Positions 20,843 to 33,514 of a stretch of 64,000 nucleotides of DNA are shown one piece after another. Under the pieces are notes generated by a model, which saw only the letters and a program-made list of their open reading frames with translations, had not been told where the DNA came from and searched no databases. This DNA is from an uncultured Nannocystaceae bacterium (GTDB lineage: Bacteria > Myxococcota_A > Bradymonadia > UBA7976 > UBA1532): assembly GCA_964402225.1 (NCBI GenBank), contig CAYOBQ010000017.1, positions 10,349-74,348 of the forward strand. Direction: 5' to 3'. The position numbers were made by a program, and so were the translations under genes. The first letter of the stretch is position 1, and each line of letters begins with the position of its first letter.

Positions 20843-22138
20843 CTATTGACGGAGTTTGGCGATCAAACCGTCGCGATCGACCTCGTGCTGTTCGCCGGTG
20901 GCGAGGGTCTTCAAGGTGATGACGCCCCGCTCCAGCTCCGAGGGGCCGGCGAGGGCGACGTAGGGGATTGAGCGTTGGTTGGCGTAGCGGAGCTGCTTCT
21001 TCATGCGCGGCGAGCCCAGGAAGACCTCGGCGGGGACGCCGGCGGCGCGGAGCGCGTTTGCGAGCGCGTAGCTGGCGGCGCGGGTCTCCTCGGAGAAGAC
21101 GGTGACGAGGACCCGGGTGGGGCTCGCCTGGGAGGCGACCAGGCCGAGCTCGACGAGCCCGGCGAGGAGCCGGTCGACCCCGAGGCTGATCCCCACGGCG
21201 GGGACGGACGCGCCGCCGAAGACCCCGAGCAGCTCGTCGTAGCGACCACCGGACATGACCGAGCCGAGGGACTCCAGATCGCCCAGGAAGGTCTCGTAGA
21301 TGGTGCCCGTGTAGTAGTTGAGCCCACGCGCGATGGAGAGATCGACGGCGACGTTCTCCCCCGAGAGCCCCTGCTCCGCGGCGAGTTGCAGCAGCGTGGT
21401 GAGCTCCGCGGCGCCCTTCTCGCCGATCTCGTCCCCGGCGAAGAACGGGGCGATCTCGTCGGTCGCGAGGCCCAGGAACTCGAAGAGACCATCGATGGCG
21501 GTGCTCCCGAGGCCGTTCTCGGTGGCGAGCAAGCCACGGACGGCGTCCTCGCCGATCTTGGGGAGCTTGTCGACGGAGCGCAGGACCGCGTGTGTCGGCT
21601 CACCCGCGGCGACCGAGAGGCGCGTCATCAGCGCGGTGAGGAGCTTGCGGTTGTTGACCCGAATCTGGAACCGCTCGACCCCCAGCGCACGCAGGACCGC
21701 GGCGCCTACGGCCATGCACTCGGCGTCGGCCATCAGATCGGTGCTGCCCACGATGTCGACGTCGCACTGGAGGAACTCGCGGTAGCGTCCGCGTCCGGGC
21801 TTCTCGGCCCGCCAGACAGGGGCGATCTGGTAGCGCTTGAACGGGAGGGGGAGCCCGCGATTCATGCCCATCACGCGGGCGAGGGGCACCGTGAGGTCGT
21901 AGCGCAGCGCGACGTCGCGGCCGCCGTTGTCGGCGAAGCGGTAGAGGAGCTTGTCGCCCTCCTCACCGTACTTTCCCAGCAGACAATCGGCGTACTCCAG
22001 GGCGGGTGTGGAGAGCGGAGCGAAGCCGTAGGACTCAAAGACGCGCGCCACCGAGTCGAGCATCCGCTGCTTGGGCAGCATGGACTCGGGGAGGTAGTCG
22101 CGGAAGCCCTTTAGGACGCGGGCGTTGACCTTGGCCAT
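20843..22138 (-). CDS. hisS: Histidine--tRNA ligase
   Basis: KGFRDYLP, LRYDLTVP, WRAEKP..GRYREFLQCDVD, RGLNYYTG, GGRYD, GISLGVDR. Confidence 0.97.
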   Translation of the reverse strand: MAKVNARVLKGFRDYLPESMLPKQRMLDSVARVFESYGFAPLSTPALEYADCLLGKYGEEGDKLLYRFADNGGRDVALRYDLTVPLARVMGMNRGLPLPFKRYQIAPVWRAEKPGRGRYREFLQCDVDIVGSTDLMADAECMAVGAAVLRALGVERFQIRVNNRKLLTALMTRLSVAAGEPTHAVLRSVDKLPKIGEDAVRGLLATENGLGSTAIDGLFEFLGLATDEIAPFFAGDEIGEKGAAELTTLLQLAAEQGLSGENVAVDLSIARGLNYYTGTIYETFLGDLESLGSVMSGGRYDELLGVFGGASVPAVGISLGVDRLLAGLVELGLVASQASPTRVLVTVFSEETRAASYALANALRAAGVPAEVFLGSPRMKKQLRYANQRSIPYVALAGPSELERGVITLKTLATGEQHEVDRDGLIAKLRQ

Positions 22139-22141
22139 TCG

Positions 22142-23383
22142 CTATCTGCGCCGCAGGCCGACGAGGGCCAGCGGGGTGAGCAAGAGCCACCAGGTGGGGG
22201 CGCTCGGCGCGCCCGGGACCTGGGAGAAGCAGCCCGCGCCGCCGCCCTTCCCGCTGCCGCCACCGCCGCCGCCGTCGCCGCTGCCGCCACCACCGTCGCC
22301 GCCCGCCGCGCCGCCGTCTCCGTCGTTGGGGACGCCGCCGTCGGGGGCGGGCTCATCGCCGACCTCGGGGATCGGGCGATCGGGATCGGCGCCGTTGAGC
22401 CCCAGGTTCGGGCACTCCTGGCCGGGGAGAGGTGGGTTCGTTTCGAAGGGGTTCGGCTCCGGGAAGCCGTACATGCACTGCTGGCCCTCGCACCCTTCGG
22501 GGCACGGCGCCAGGGGGAGCAGGTCGATGCAGGCTTCGGCGTCCACGTCGCCGCGCTCTCGGCCCCACTCGTCGAGCATGCGCACGCTGAAGCAGTCGCG
22601 GCGCGGGAGCGGGCTGTAGAGCACCTCGATCGGCGTCTGGAAGACAGGCAGCTCGCTGCCGTCGAGGGAGCGCACGCCCGATTGGATGTAGAGGGGCAGA
22701 TCGGTGTTGTCGGCCTCGGCGAGGACCGGCTCGCCGTTCTCGTCGAGGGGGGTGCTCGAGGTGCGGTAGGTGATGTAGGCGAGATCCGCGCGATCCGCGG
22801 GCTGGAAGAGGATCTTGAGGCGAAGTCGGGTGGAGACCAGGCACGCGGGGTTGTTCGCGTCGATGTCCATGAAGGGGCCGGCGTCACCGTCGCAGCGGTG
22901 CCCCCAGAGCTCGACGCCGAGGATCCCCTCGAAGTCCGGGAGTGGCTGCATCATCCCGGCCCGCGTGCGGAACTCGAGGAAGTACTCGGCGTAGGCCGGC
23001 AGCGAAGGGTCCGGCGGCCGAATCGTGAGCGAGTAATCCCCGCGGGGCTCGAGGACCGGGATCGGATCGATCTCGAGCACCGAGAGCGGCTCCGGCGCGT
23101 TCTCCACGAGGTTGAAAGGCGTCACGAAGCGCACCTGGGTGGGCACCCCGTTGCCGGCCTCGTCCTTGAGCTCGACCTGGACCTCCTCCGGACACCAGCG
23201 ACCGCCGTAGGCGACGCGCAGCGTGGCGTCTCGTGGCCAGCGGACGGCGTTCTCGTCGGCGATCGCCACGTTGCTGGGCTGGGTCCAACCGAAGCTCTGC
23301 TGCATGGGCGCGCATTGCTGGGCGGTGGCCGTGGTGGGCCAGGCGAGCGCCAACAGCGCGAGCGCGGGCAGGGTGCGCGTCAT
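22142..23383 (-). CDS. Secreted Cys-rich surface protein with MYXO-CTERM-type sorting tail
   Basis: Signal peptide ending ATA-QQC; Ig-like segment (L.PRGDYSLTI); Gly-rich linker, GC, hydrophobic WWLLLTPLALVGL, RRR end. Confidence 0.75.
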   Translation of the reverse strand: MTRTLPALALLALAWPTTATAQQCAPMQQSFGWTQPSNVAIADENAVRWPRDATLRVAYGGRWCPEEVQVELKDEAGNGVPTQVRFVTPFNLVENAPEPLSVLEIDPIPVLEPRGDYSLTIRPPDPSLPAYAEYFLEFRTRAGMMQPLPDFEGILGVELWGHRCDGDAGPFMDIDANNPACLVSTRLRLKILFQPADRADLAYITYRTSSTPLDENGEPVLAEADNTDLPLYIQSGVRSLDGSELPVFQTPIEVLYSPLPRRDCFSVRMLDEWGRERGDVDAEACIDLLPLAPCPEGCEGQQCMYGFPEPNPFETNPPLPGQECPNLGLNGADPDRPIPEVGDEPAPDGGVPNDGDGGAAGGDGGGGSGDGGGGGGSGKGGGAGCFSQVPGAPSAPTWWLLLTPLALVGLRRR

Positions 23384-23435
23384 CGATGTCCTCCGTGGAA
23401 GCGGAGGGATAGTACCGAAAACGGTGGTCGAGATT

Positions 23436-24574
23436 CTATGAGCGGTAGTCGGCGTTGATCCGAACGTAGCCCGCGGAGAGGTCGCAGGTGTAGCTGGTGT
23501 GCGCGGCGTCGCCCGAAGCCAGGTCCAGCCGCAGCCCGTACTCGGCGGTGCCCATTATCCCGCGGGCCGCGGCCTCGGCCCTCGTGCCTTGCCACTCACC
23601 GCCAGCGTAGAGCAGCGTGTCGCCGACCCACAAGCGGAGCTTCGCCGGCTCCAGAGGCACGCCCGCCCGCCCGGCCGCGGCGATGATGCGCCCCCAGTTG
23701 GGGTCCTCGCCGTGCAACGCCGTCTTCACCAGCGGGCTCAGGGCGATGGTCTCGGCGACCTCCCGTGCTTCGGCGCCGGTCCGGGCGCCGGTGACCTCGA
23801 CCGCGACCGTCTTGGTGCCGCCCTCGGCGTCGCGGACGATGTCCAGGGCGAGCTCCCGGGCGACCTCGAGGAGGAGCGACTCGAGGGCGTCGGCGGCGAT
23901 CTCGAGGCGCCCGCTCGCAAAGACCAGGGCGGTGTCGTTGGTGCTGGTGTCGCCATCGACGATGATCGCGTTGAACGTGCGCTGGCAGACCGATCGCCAC
24001 ATCGCGTCGAGGGCTGCGGGCTCGATCCGCGCGTCGGTGACGACGAAGCCGAGCATGGTGGCCATGTTCGGGTGGATCATGCCCGACCCCTTCGACGCCC
24101 CCGCGACCGTGACGCCATGGGCGGTGGCGTGGCGAAGCTTGGCCCGGGTGTCGGTCGTGCGGATCGCGTCGGCGAAGTCGGCGAGCCCGTCGGCGGACAG
24201 CGCGTCGACCGCCCGGGGGATGCCGTCAGCGAGTCGCGCCATCGGCAACGGGGCGCCGATGACGCCGGTGCTGCAGACCAGGACCTCGTCGGCCGCGCAG
24301 CCCAAGGCCTCGGCGGTGATCGCCGCCATGCGCCGGGCGTCTTCGGCCCCCTGGGCTCCGGTGCAGGCGTTGGCGTTGCCGCTGTTGACCACCACCGCGC
24401 GCGCGCGGCCCGCGAGCGTCTCGCGGCAATAGACGACGGGGGCTGCGACCACCAGATTGCGGGTGTAGACGCCCGCCGCGGCCACCGCCGTGTCGGCGGC
24501 GAGCACGGCCAGATCGGCGTCGCCGGTCCCCTTGATCCCGCAGGGGAGGCCCGCGAAGCGGAAGCCCGGGACCC

Positions 24575-24578
<4 letters not shown>
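23436..24578 (-). CDS. argJ: Bifunctional glutamate N-acetyltransferase / amino-acid acetyltransferase
   Basis: GFRFAG..CGIK, NSGNANACTG, STGVIG, KGSGMIHPNMATML, DGDTSTND, KTA.HGEDPNWGRI, YVRINADYRS; GTG start overlaps the secA TGA. Confidence 0.97.
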
Positions 24579-27445
<2,867 letters not shown>

Positions 27446-27594
27446 GAGGGCGCTCCGGCGCCAGAGGGGGCCGACATATTAAGCGCGCGCGGGGATGATG
27501 CAAGTGTCGCCGCGGGCGATATATTATCGTTCATCCTGTTGCGACATTTTCGAGCATGGGCGGCCAGAGCCCCCAGCCGACGCGTGCACCGGCG

Positions 27595-27610
27595 TGGCAC
27601 GCAGCTTGAA
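27595..27610 (+). promoter_or_regulatory. Candidate sigma54 -24/-12 promoter for the YeeE/YedE pair
   Basis: TGGCAC-GCAGC-TTGAA: perfect -24 element and spacing, but A replaces the conserved -12 C. Confidence 0.45.
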
Positions 27611-27657
27611 TGAGCCCGTGCTCTCGAGACGGCGCAGCGCGGACGTGGAGGACGGTC

Positions 27658-28074
27658 ATGCAAGCGGACTGGTGGATGGCTCTGGCCGGGGGGGCGCTGA
27701 TCGGCCTCGCCGCCGGCGCCTTGATGCACTTCGAGGGACGGATCGCCGGGGTCAGCGGCATCTTCAGCGGGCTGGTCGAGCCCAAGAACAGCGAGGTGGC
27801 CTGGCGCGGCCTCTTCGTCAGTGGCCTGGTCCTCGGCGGGGTGCTGGTGCTGCTGGTGATGCCCAGCGCCTTCGACGACACCGCGGGTCGATCGGTGGCG
27901 ATGACCGCCGCCGGGGGCCTCGTAGTAGGCTTCGGCGCCCGGACCGGCAACGGCTGCACGAGCGGTCACGGCGTCTGCGGCGTCAGCCGACTCTCGCGAC
28001 GCAGCGTCCTGGCGACGGCGGTCTTTGTCAGCACCGCGGCGCTCACGGTGGCGGTCCTCGGAGGCGTGTCGTGA
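27658..28074 (+). CDS. YeeE/YedE family sulfur-compound transporter, subunit 1
   Basis: ALAGGALIG, GRIAGVSGI, GFG...GNGCTSGHGVCG..RLSRRS; GGAGG RBS. Confidence 0.9.
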   Translation: MQADWWMALAGGALIGLAAGALMHFEGRIAGVSGIFSGLVEPKNSEVAWRGLFVSGLVLGGVLVLLVMPSAFDDTAGRSVAMTAAGGLVVGFGARTGNGCTSGHGVCGVSRLSRRSVLATAVFVSTAALTVAVLGGVS

Positions 28075-28520
28075 GCCGCCTCTTCGTCATCGCGGCGGGG
28101 ACGCTCTTCTCCCTCGGCCTCGGCATCTCGGGGATGACCCAGACCGCGAAGCACGTAGGCTTCCTTGACTTCGCCGGCGCCTGGGACCCGTCGCTGCTCT
28201 TCGTCATGGGCGGCGCGATCGGGGTCAACTTCGTGCTCTTCCGGGTCTCGACCCAACGCGAGGCACCGCTCTTCGCGCCGCGCTTCATGGTCCCGACCCG
28301 GACCGACATCGACGTGAGGCTCGTCGGCGGCGCGGCGCTGTTCGGCATCGGCTGGGGCATGGCCGCCTACTGCCCGGGCCCGGGCCTCGCGGCCCTCGGC
28401 ACCGCGACCTTGAAGCCCGCTGTCTTCGTGGTCTGCATGGCCGCGGGCATGAAGCTCTTCAACGTCGTCCTCGCCTGGCGCGAGCGGAAAGCGACCTCGG
28501 AGGAGCTGGTCGACGCCTGA
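28071..28520 (+). CDS. YeeE/YedE family subunit 2 (DUF6691-like)
   Basis: GLGISGMT...GFLD..GAWDPSLLFVM, LFGIGWG...YCPGP. Confidence 0.9.
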   Translation: MSRLFVIAAGTLFSLGLGISGMTQTAKHVGFLDFAGAWDPSLLFVMGGAIGVNFVLFRVSTQREAPLFAPRFMVPTRTDIDVRLVGGAALFGIGWGMAAYCPGPGLAALGTATLKPAVFVVCMAAGMKLFNVVLAWRERKATSEELVDA

Positions 28521-28596
28521 GCCCGCAGGCGTTCAGCTCGAAGTCGAGGGTCGATGGGGAGATGGCTGTCACCATTCAGAGGCGGGGTCGCAGGTC

Positions 28597-29094
28597 TCAG
28601 CGCAGCGTGACGCGCCCCGGGTCGAGGACGTCCCGCGCCCGGGGACGGCGGAACCTGACGCGGAGGTGATACATCCCGTTGGCGTAGGGCAGCGTGTTGG
28701 TCTCGGCGAGGACCCAATGGGGCTCGTGCCGCCGGCGGTCGTGCGTGCCCGCGCCGGGGTGCAGGTAGGCGCTGTTGCCCTTCGGGCTGAGCACGCGGAG
28801 CATGAACTTGCGCTTGGCCTTGCAGGGAAAAGCGAAGTGCTTCAGGCGGACGGTGCGGCTGAGCTTGCCGTCCCTTCGGACCCTGAGGGTGATCTTCCGT
28901 TTGGGGATGAACTTCACCCACGGGCCGTGCTCCAGCGCGACCTTCGACCGACCGAAGTCGATGCCCATCCGCTGCTTGGCATGCCACGTATTGTGGTTCT
29001 CGAAGGTCACCTTGAACTTGCAAGTGAACGCCCGCGCCTCGGAGGCGGGCATGGCACAGAACAGGGCGACGACGACCAACAACATCAACCGCAT
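28597..29094 (-). CDS. Small basic secreted hypothetical protein
   Basis: Signal peptide ending EARA; K/R-rich; two mature Cys; no recognised family. Confidence 0.55.
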   Translation of the reverse strand: MRLMLLVVVALFCAMPASEARAFTCKFKVTFENHNTWHAKQRMGIDFGRSKVALEHGPWVKFIPKRKITLRVRRDGKLSRTVRLKHFAFPCKAKRKFMLRVLSPKGNSAYLHPGAGTHDRRRHEPHWVLAETNTLPYANGMYHLRVRFRRPRARDVLDPGRVTLR

Positions 29095-29202
29095 TCGATC
29101 CTCTCTCTCCGATCCTCCGTCTCCCCTCCGATGAAGTCGGCATGGGCGGCGCGCGGCCTGACTCTCGGGGGTCCTGCACCCCGGCCGCTGGCCCGGCGCG
29201 CG

Positions 29203-29760
29203 TCAGAGGGTGGCGACGCGGCGGGTCCAGTCGACAAAGCCGCGCAGGAAACGCTCGAGGCGCTCGATCGCCTTCCCGTCGACGAGCCGTCCATCGTCGA
29301 AGGCCCGGGACGCCCCGCCGACGAGATACTCCGGGGCGGGGTAGACGGCGGCGGCCATTCCCAGGAGGACGATCTTGAGGTGCGCCTGGGCCCGCGCTCC
29401 CCCCACCGGGCTCGGGGAGGCGCTGAGGATCGCCGCCGGCTTGCCGGCGAAGACGGAGGCGTAGGCTGGCCGCGACACCCAGTCGAGGGCGTTCTTCAAG
29501 GGGCCGGGGATGCCATGGTTGAACTCCGGGGACGCGATCAGGACGCCGTCGGCCTGCCGAATCGCGTCCGCCAGTCGGGCGGCGGGGGGCGGCAGAGGAT
29601 CGAGGCCTACGGACCCGAAGAGCGGGAGGTCTCCGATCTCCTGGGCCTCGATGGCGACGCCGTCCGGGGCGAGCTCCATCGCGGCGGAGATCAGGCCGGT
29701 GTTGTAGGAGCCGGCGCGCAGGCTCCCGGAGATGGCGACGATTCGAGTGGACGCGGACAT
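29203..29760 (-). CDS. NADPH-dependent FMN reductase (ChrR/SsuE-like)
   Basis: ISGSLRAGSYN, ADGVLIASPEFN.GIPG.LKNALDWVSRP, GGARAQ.HL. Confidence 0.92.
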   Translation of the reverse strand: MSASTRIVAISGSLRAGSYNTGLISAAMELAPDGVAIEAQEIGDLPLFGSVGLDPLPPPAARLADAIRQADGVLIASPEFNHGIPGPLKNALDWVSRPAYASVFAGKPAAILSASPSPVGGARAQAHLKIVLLGMAAAVYPAPEYLVGGASRAFDDGRLVDGKAIERLERFLRGFVDWTRRVATL

Positions 29761-30465
29761 TCAGGCCTCCTTGGGGGGCAGATCGAAGAAGAGCAGCTCA
29801 GCGTCGTCGGCGGCGCGAAGCGCTACGGACTCGGTGCCCTCGAACGCGGCGCCATCACCGGGGACGAGCCGTGTCGAGTCGACCTCGACCGCACCGCCGA
29901 CGACCTGCAACCAGGCGCGGCGCCGCGCTTCGAGCGGGAAGACATGGGCCCCGCCGACCGGCAGGAGCGCGCGGTAGAGCGACAGATCCTGATCGATCGC
30001 GAGGGAGCCATCGCGCCCGTCTTCGGAGACCAGCAGGCAGACGGGCCCCTCGTCTCGAGGGAACGCGCTCTGCGCGTATCTGGGCCGGGTCCCCCTGCGC
30101 CGCGGGTGGATCCAGATCTGGTAGAAGTGCAGCGGCTCCGAGTCCGAGGCGTTGTACTCCGTGTGCAGGATCCCGGTGCCGGCCCCCATGAGCTGCACCT
30201 CACCGGAGCGAATGACCGACCCCTCCCCGGTGGAGTCCGCGTGGCGCATCGCCCCGGAGACCGGGTAGCTAACGATCTCCATGTCGCGGTGGGGGTGCCA
30301 GTCGAAGCCCCGTCCGGGGGTGACGCGGTCGTCGTTGAGCACCCGCAGCGGACCAAAGCCCATCTGCGCCGGGTCGTAGTAGCCGGCGAAGGAGAATGTG
30401 TGATGGGAGTCCAGCCACCCGTGGTTGGCGTGGCCCCGTTCGTCGGCGCGTCTGACGTGGATCAT
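29761..30465 (-). CDS. Pirin family protein (YhhW-like)
   Basis: RGH.NHGWLDSHHTFSFA.YYDP, LRVLNDD, HPHRDMEI.SY, GTGI.H.E.N, QIWI.P. Confidence 0.95.
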   Translation of the reverse strand: MIHVRRADERGHANHGWLDSHHTFSFAGYYDPAQMGFGPLRVLNDDRVTPGRGFDWHPHRDMEIVSYPVSGAMRHADSTGEGSVIRSGEVQLMGAGTGILHTEYNASDSEPLHFYQIWIHPRRRGTRPRYAQSAFPRDEGPVCLLVSEDGRDGSLAIDQDLSLYRALLPVGGAHVFPLEARRRAWLQVVGGAVEVDSTRLVPGDGAAFEGTESVALRAADDAELLFFDLPPKEA

Positions 30466-30537
30466 CGGTCTCTTCCTCCGCGGCTGTCTCGTCTCGTCTC
30501 CCAAGGTGGTGCCGGCCGTCAGATTTGTGAAATCGAT

Positions 30538-30550
30538 TGATCAAACATCA
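30538..30550. promoter_or_regulatory. LysR-type regulator binding box (T-N11-A with dyad symmetry)
   Basis: TGAT-CAAAC-ATCA in the AT-rich gap between divergent pirin and LysR genes. Confidence 0.7.
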
Positions 30551-30562
30551 TATATTCATGAG

Positions 30563-31474
30563 ATGGATTTACTCGGCTTCGACCTCAACCTCCTGGTGAC
30601 GCTGGAGGCGCTGCTCGAGACACGGAGTGTCACCGCCACCGCGCGGCGCCTCGGTCGCAGCCAGCCGGCCGTGAGCAGCGCCCTCGCCAGACTTCGCGAT
30701 GCGTTGGGCGATCCGCTGCTGGTCCGCAGCGGACGCCAGATGCTCGCGACGCCACACGCCGAGTCGCTCCGCGCGCCGCTGCGGCGGGCGCTGGCGGCGG
30801 TAGGCGACGTCGTCTCTCCACCGGGGGGCTTCGACCCCGAGACGAGCAGCTGCACCTTCCGCATCGTCTCCACGGACTACGGGCAGCTCACGGTCCTCCC
30901 GCGACTGGTGGCGCGCGTCGCGGCCACGGCGCCGGGCGTCGACATCTACGTGAGCGCCCTCGGCCCTCGCTCAGTCGCGGATCTCCTGGCCGAGCCGGAG
31001 ATCGATCTCGCGATCTGGGTCGGTCGCGAGTCGGCGCTTCCCCAGCACCTCTACCGGCAGCCGCTGTGCGCCGACCCCTTCGTCTGCGTCGTTCGGGCCG
31101 ATCACCCATCGATCGGGGACGCGCTCACGTTGGACGCCTACCTCTCGCACCCGCACGTCCTGGTGTCTCCCCGGGGGGACGCGCGCGGCGTGGTCGACGA
31201 GGCGTTGGAGCCACGGGGCCTCCGCCGGCGCGTGGCCTTGGTCTTGCCGCACTTCCTGACGGCGCCGTGGTCCCTGCTGACGACGGACTACGTCTGGACG
31301 GCGCCGCTGAGCGTCGCGCGGCCCTTCACGGAGAGGTTCCCGCTGCGCCTCCTCGAGCCGCCCATCGAGCTCCCCTGTGGGGTGCTGACCAGCGTGTGGC
31401 ACGAGCGCACGAACGCGTCGGCCGCCCACCGCTGGCTCCGCGCAGCGGCGCTCCGCGTGGACCCACCGGACTGA
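30563..31474 (+). CDS. LysR family transcriptional regulator (NahR/LeuO-like)
   Basis: DLNLLVTLEALLETRSVTATARRLGRSQPAVSSALARLR..LGDPLLVR. Confidence 0.95.
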   Translation: MDLLGFDLNLLVTLEALLETRSVTATARRLGRSQPAVSSALARLRDALGDPLLVRSGRQMLATPHAESLRAPLRRALAAVGDVVSPPGGFDPETSSCTFRIVSTDYGQLTVLPRLVARVAATAPGVDIYVSALGPRSVADLLAEPEIDLAIWVGRESALPQHLYRQPLCADPFVCVVRADHPSIGDALTLDAYLSHPHVLVSPRGDARGVVDEALEPRGLRRRVALVLPHFLTAPWSLLTTDYVWTAPLSVARPFTERFPLRLLEPPIELPCGVLTSVWHERTNASAAHRWLRAAALRVDPPD

Positions 31475-31610
31475 AGGGCGCGCGCCCGAACCGAAGAGGG
31501 GCGTTCAGTCAAGTCGGCGTCAGTTTCGGTGGCCGGCAGATAACCATTCTGCTAGATACTACTGTGGCGGTCACGCAATCCGTGGGGGCGCAGAAGGCAG
31601 CGGTGGGCGC

Positions 31611-32672
31611 ATGGGGCATGATCTCGAGACCCTGCTCAGGGTGAGTCCGGACGCCGTCGTGGCCGTGGGGTCTGGCGGCGAAATCCTGCGCGTCAACGCC
31701 ATCGCGGCGGAGATGTTCGGGCACTCCGCCGAGGCGCTGGTCGGCCAGCCGGTCGAGGTGCTGGTCCCCGAGGCGCTCCGGCGGGCCCACACGGAGCACC
31801 GGAGGCGCTACTCGGAAGCGCCGGTCCTCCGTGAGATGGGCGCGGAATGCGGGATGCGCGCGCTTCGCGCCGACGGCACGGAGTTCGACGCCGACATCAA
31901 GCTGGCACCCCAGGCCGAGCTGGACGACGCCCTCATCGTGGCCGTCGTCCGCGACATCTCGCCGCTCGCCGACTCGACGAGGCGCCTCGCGCAGCGCGCG
32001 GAGCAGCTCAGCGAGACCAACCACGCTCTCGAGGACTTCGCTCACACCGCCGCCCACGATTTGAAGGGACCGCTGCGCGCCGTGTCTGGCTACGTCGACT
32101 GGCTCGAGGAGGAGCTCGCCCCCCACCTCGACGACGGACACCGGGACCTCTTCGAGCGCACGCGCACCGGCTGCGACCGGATGCGGGAGCTCATCGATGG
32201 GGCCCTCGACTTCGCGCGCGCCACCGACAATCAACAACGCGAGGTCGCCCCCTTCGACTTGCCCGCGGAGATCCGCGCGCTGGTCGAGGAGCTCGATCCC
32301 GACGGGCGGTTCCAAGTCCAAGTCGCCGACCTGCGCGCCTTCGAGACCCACGCCGTCCCCCTGCGCCAGGTCTTGGCGAACCTGCTCCAAAACGCCTTCA
32401 CCCACGGGGGCGGTCCGCCGCTCCGGGTCCGCGTGGAGTGTGAAGAAGACACCGACTTCTTCCGCTTCCGCGTCGCCGACGACGGCTGCGGCGTGCCCCT
32501 GCACGCCCAACGAGACGTCTTTCGCCTCTTCAAGTCAGGGGGCGACGGCACCGGAGTGGGGCTCTCGATCGTGGAGCGCAACGTCCGCGCCCACGGCGGG
32601 GAGGTCCACCTCGTGTCGGAGACCGGGCGCGGAGCGACGTTCGACTTCACCTGGCCCGTGAGCACCCCGTAG
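31611..32672 (+). CDS. Cytoplasmic PAS-domain sensor histidine kinase
   Basis: SPDAVV.V...G.I..VN..A..MFG (PAS); FAHTAAHDLKGPL (H-box); NLLQNA, DDGCG, GTGVGLSIV. Confidence 0.92.
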   Translation: MGHDLETLLRVSPDAVVAVGSGGEILRVNAIAAEMFGHSAEALVGQPVEVLVPEALRRAHTEHRRRYSEAPVLREMGAECGMRALRADGTEFDADIKLAPQAELDDALIVAVVRDISPLADSTRRLAQRAEQLSETNHALEDFAHTAAHDLKGPLRAVSGYVDWLEEELAPHLDDGHRDLFERTRTGCDRMRELIDGALDFARATDNQQREVAPFDLPAEIRALVEELDPDGRFQVQVADLRAFETHAVPLRQVLANLLQNAFTHGGGPPLRVRVECEEDTDFFRFRVADDGCGVPLHAQRDVFRLFKSGGDGTGVGLSIVERNVRAHGGEVHLVSETGRGATFDFTWPVSTP

Positions 32673-32699
32673 CCGACGCGAGTCCAGGGCGTGGTTCGC

Positions 32700-33350
32700 G
32701 CCGAAGGACAGACCGCGGGGGGCTCGACGGTCCGACCCGTGCGTGAAGTGGCGCCGCGTGCCTCGACCCGGCGACCGAGCGAGCCTGCAACGACGACATC
32801 TGGTCTGACGCCCGGGTGGGCCGCTTGCAGGCAAGCGACCTCGTCCTGCCCGCCCTCAAGGAAGGCGAGACGGCCTATGTCTTCGTGGACGCGTATGCCC
32901 GAGGGGGGGGGGCGGGGCGTTCTAGCTCTCGGCGATTCACGCCGCCGCGGATGTGGGCCCCACGCTCGACTCGGTCGGCGCCGTGTGCCACGGAGAATGC
33001 GCTGACGGACTGGATCGACGGCATCCCCCAATCCGCTGGCTCGGGTCTCGCCGCGAGCTCCCCGGTCTACGGTCGCTCCAGCTTCGGCGACGTCGTGGTC
33101 CACGTCGCGCTCCTACAGCGAGACGCGGGATGCGCGCTTCGCATCGCCGACGGCGCCCGAGATCACAGCGGCCTCCGTTGTCTGCGACGCGGACTGCCTC
33201 GCCTACACGATACGCGTCTCCGGCATCGACCCCGATCTGGGCGTGGGGCGCCTCCTTCTCCAGTCCTACGCCGGGAATCCAGACTCCGATGGGGCCGAGC
33301 GGGGCGCTACCCCACGCTGACGCTCAACCGCGCTGGCGGTGCTCCACGTG
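32700..33350 (+). pseudogene. Degraded remnant of a secreted or lipoprotein gene
   Basis: Protein-like fragments in several frames, with a TGA at 32744: SGAACLDPATERACNDD...LKEGETAYVFVDAY, then a 10-G run, and later APEITAASVVCDADCLAYTIRVSGIDPD. Confidence 0.55.
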
Positions 33351-33514
33351 GGCCTTGATCTTGCTGAGGGCGAGCAGGAGCTCGCCCTCAGCTCCATCAG
33401 GCTCGGCAGCCACGTCGGGCTGTCGCGTGGGTCGGCGATCCAACCGTAGGTCTCTTCGATGGGCGCGCTGATTGGGCCGGAATCGGGCCCGCGGCGGGGC
33501 AACATCACACCTCT

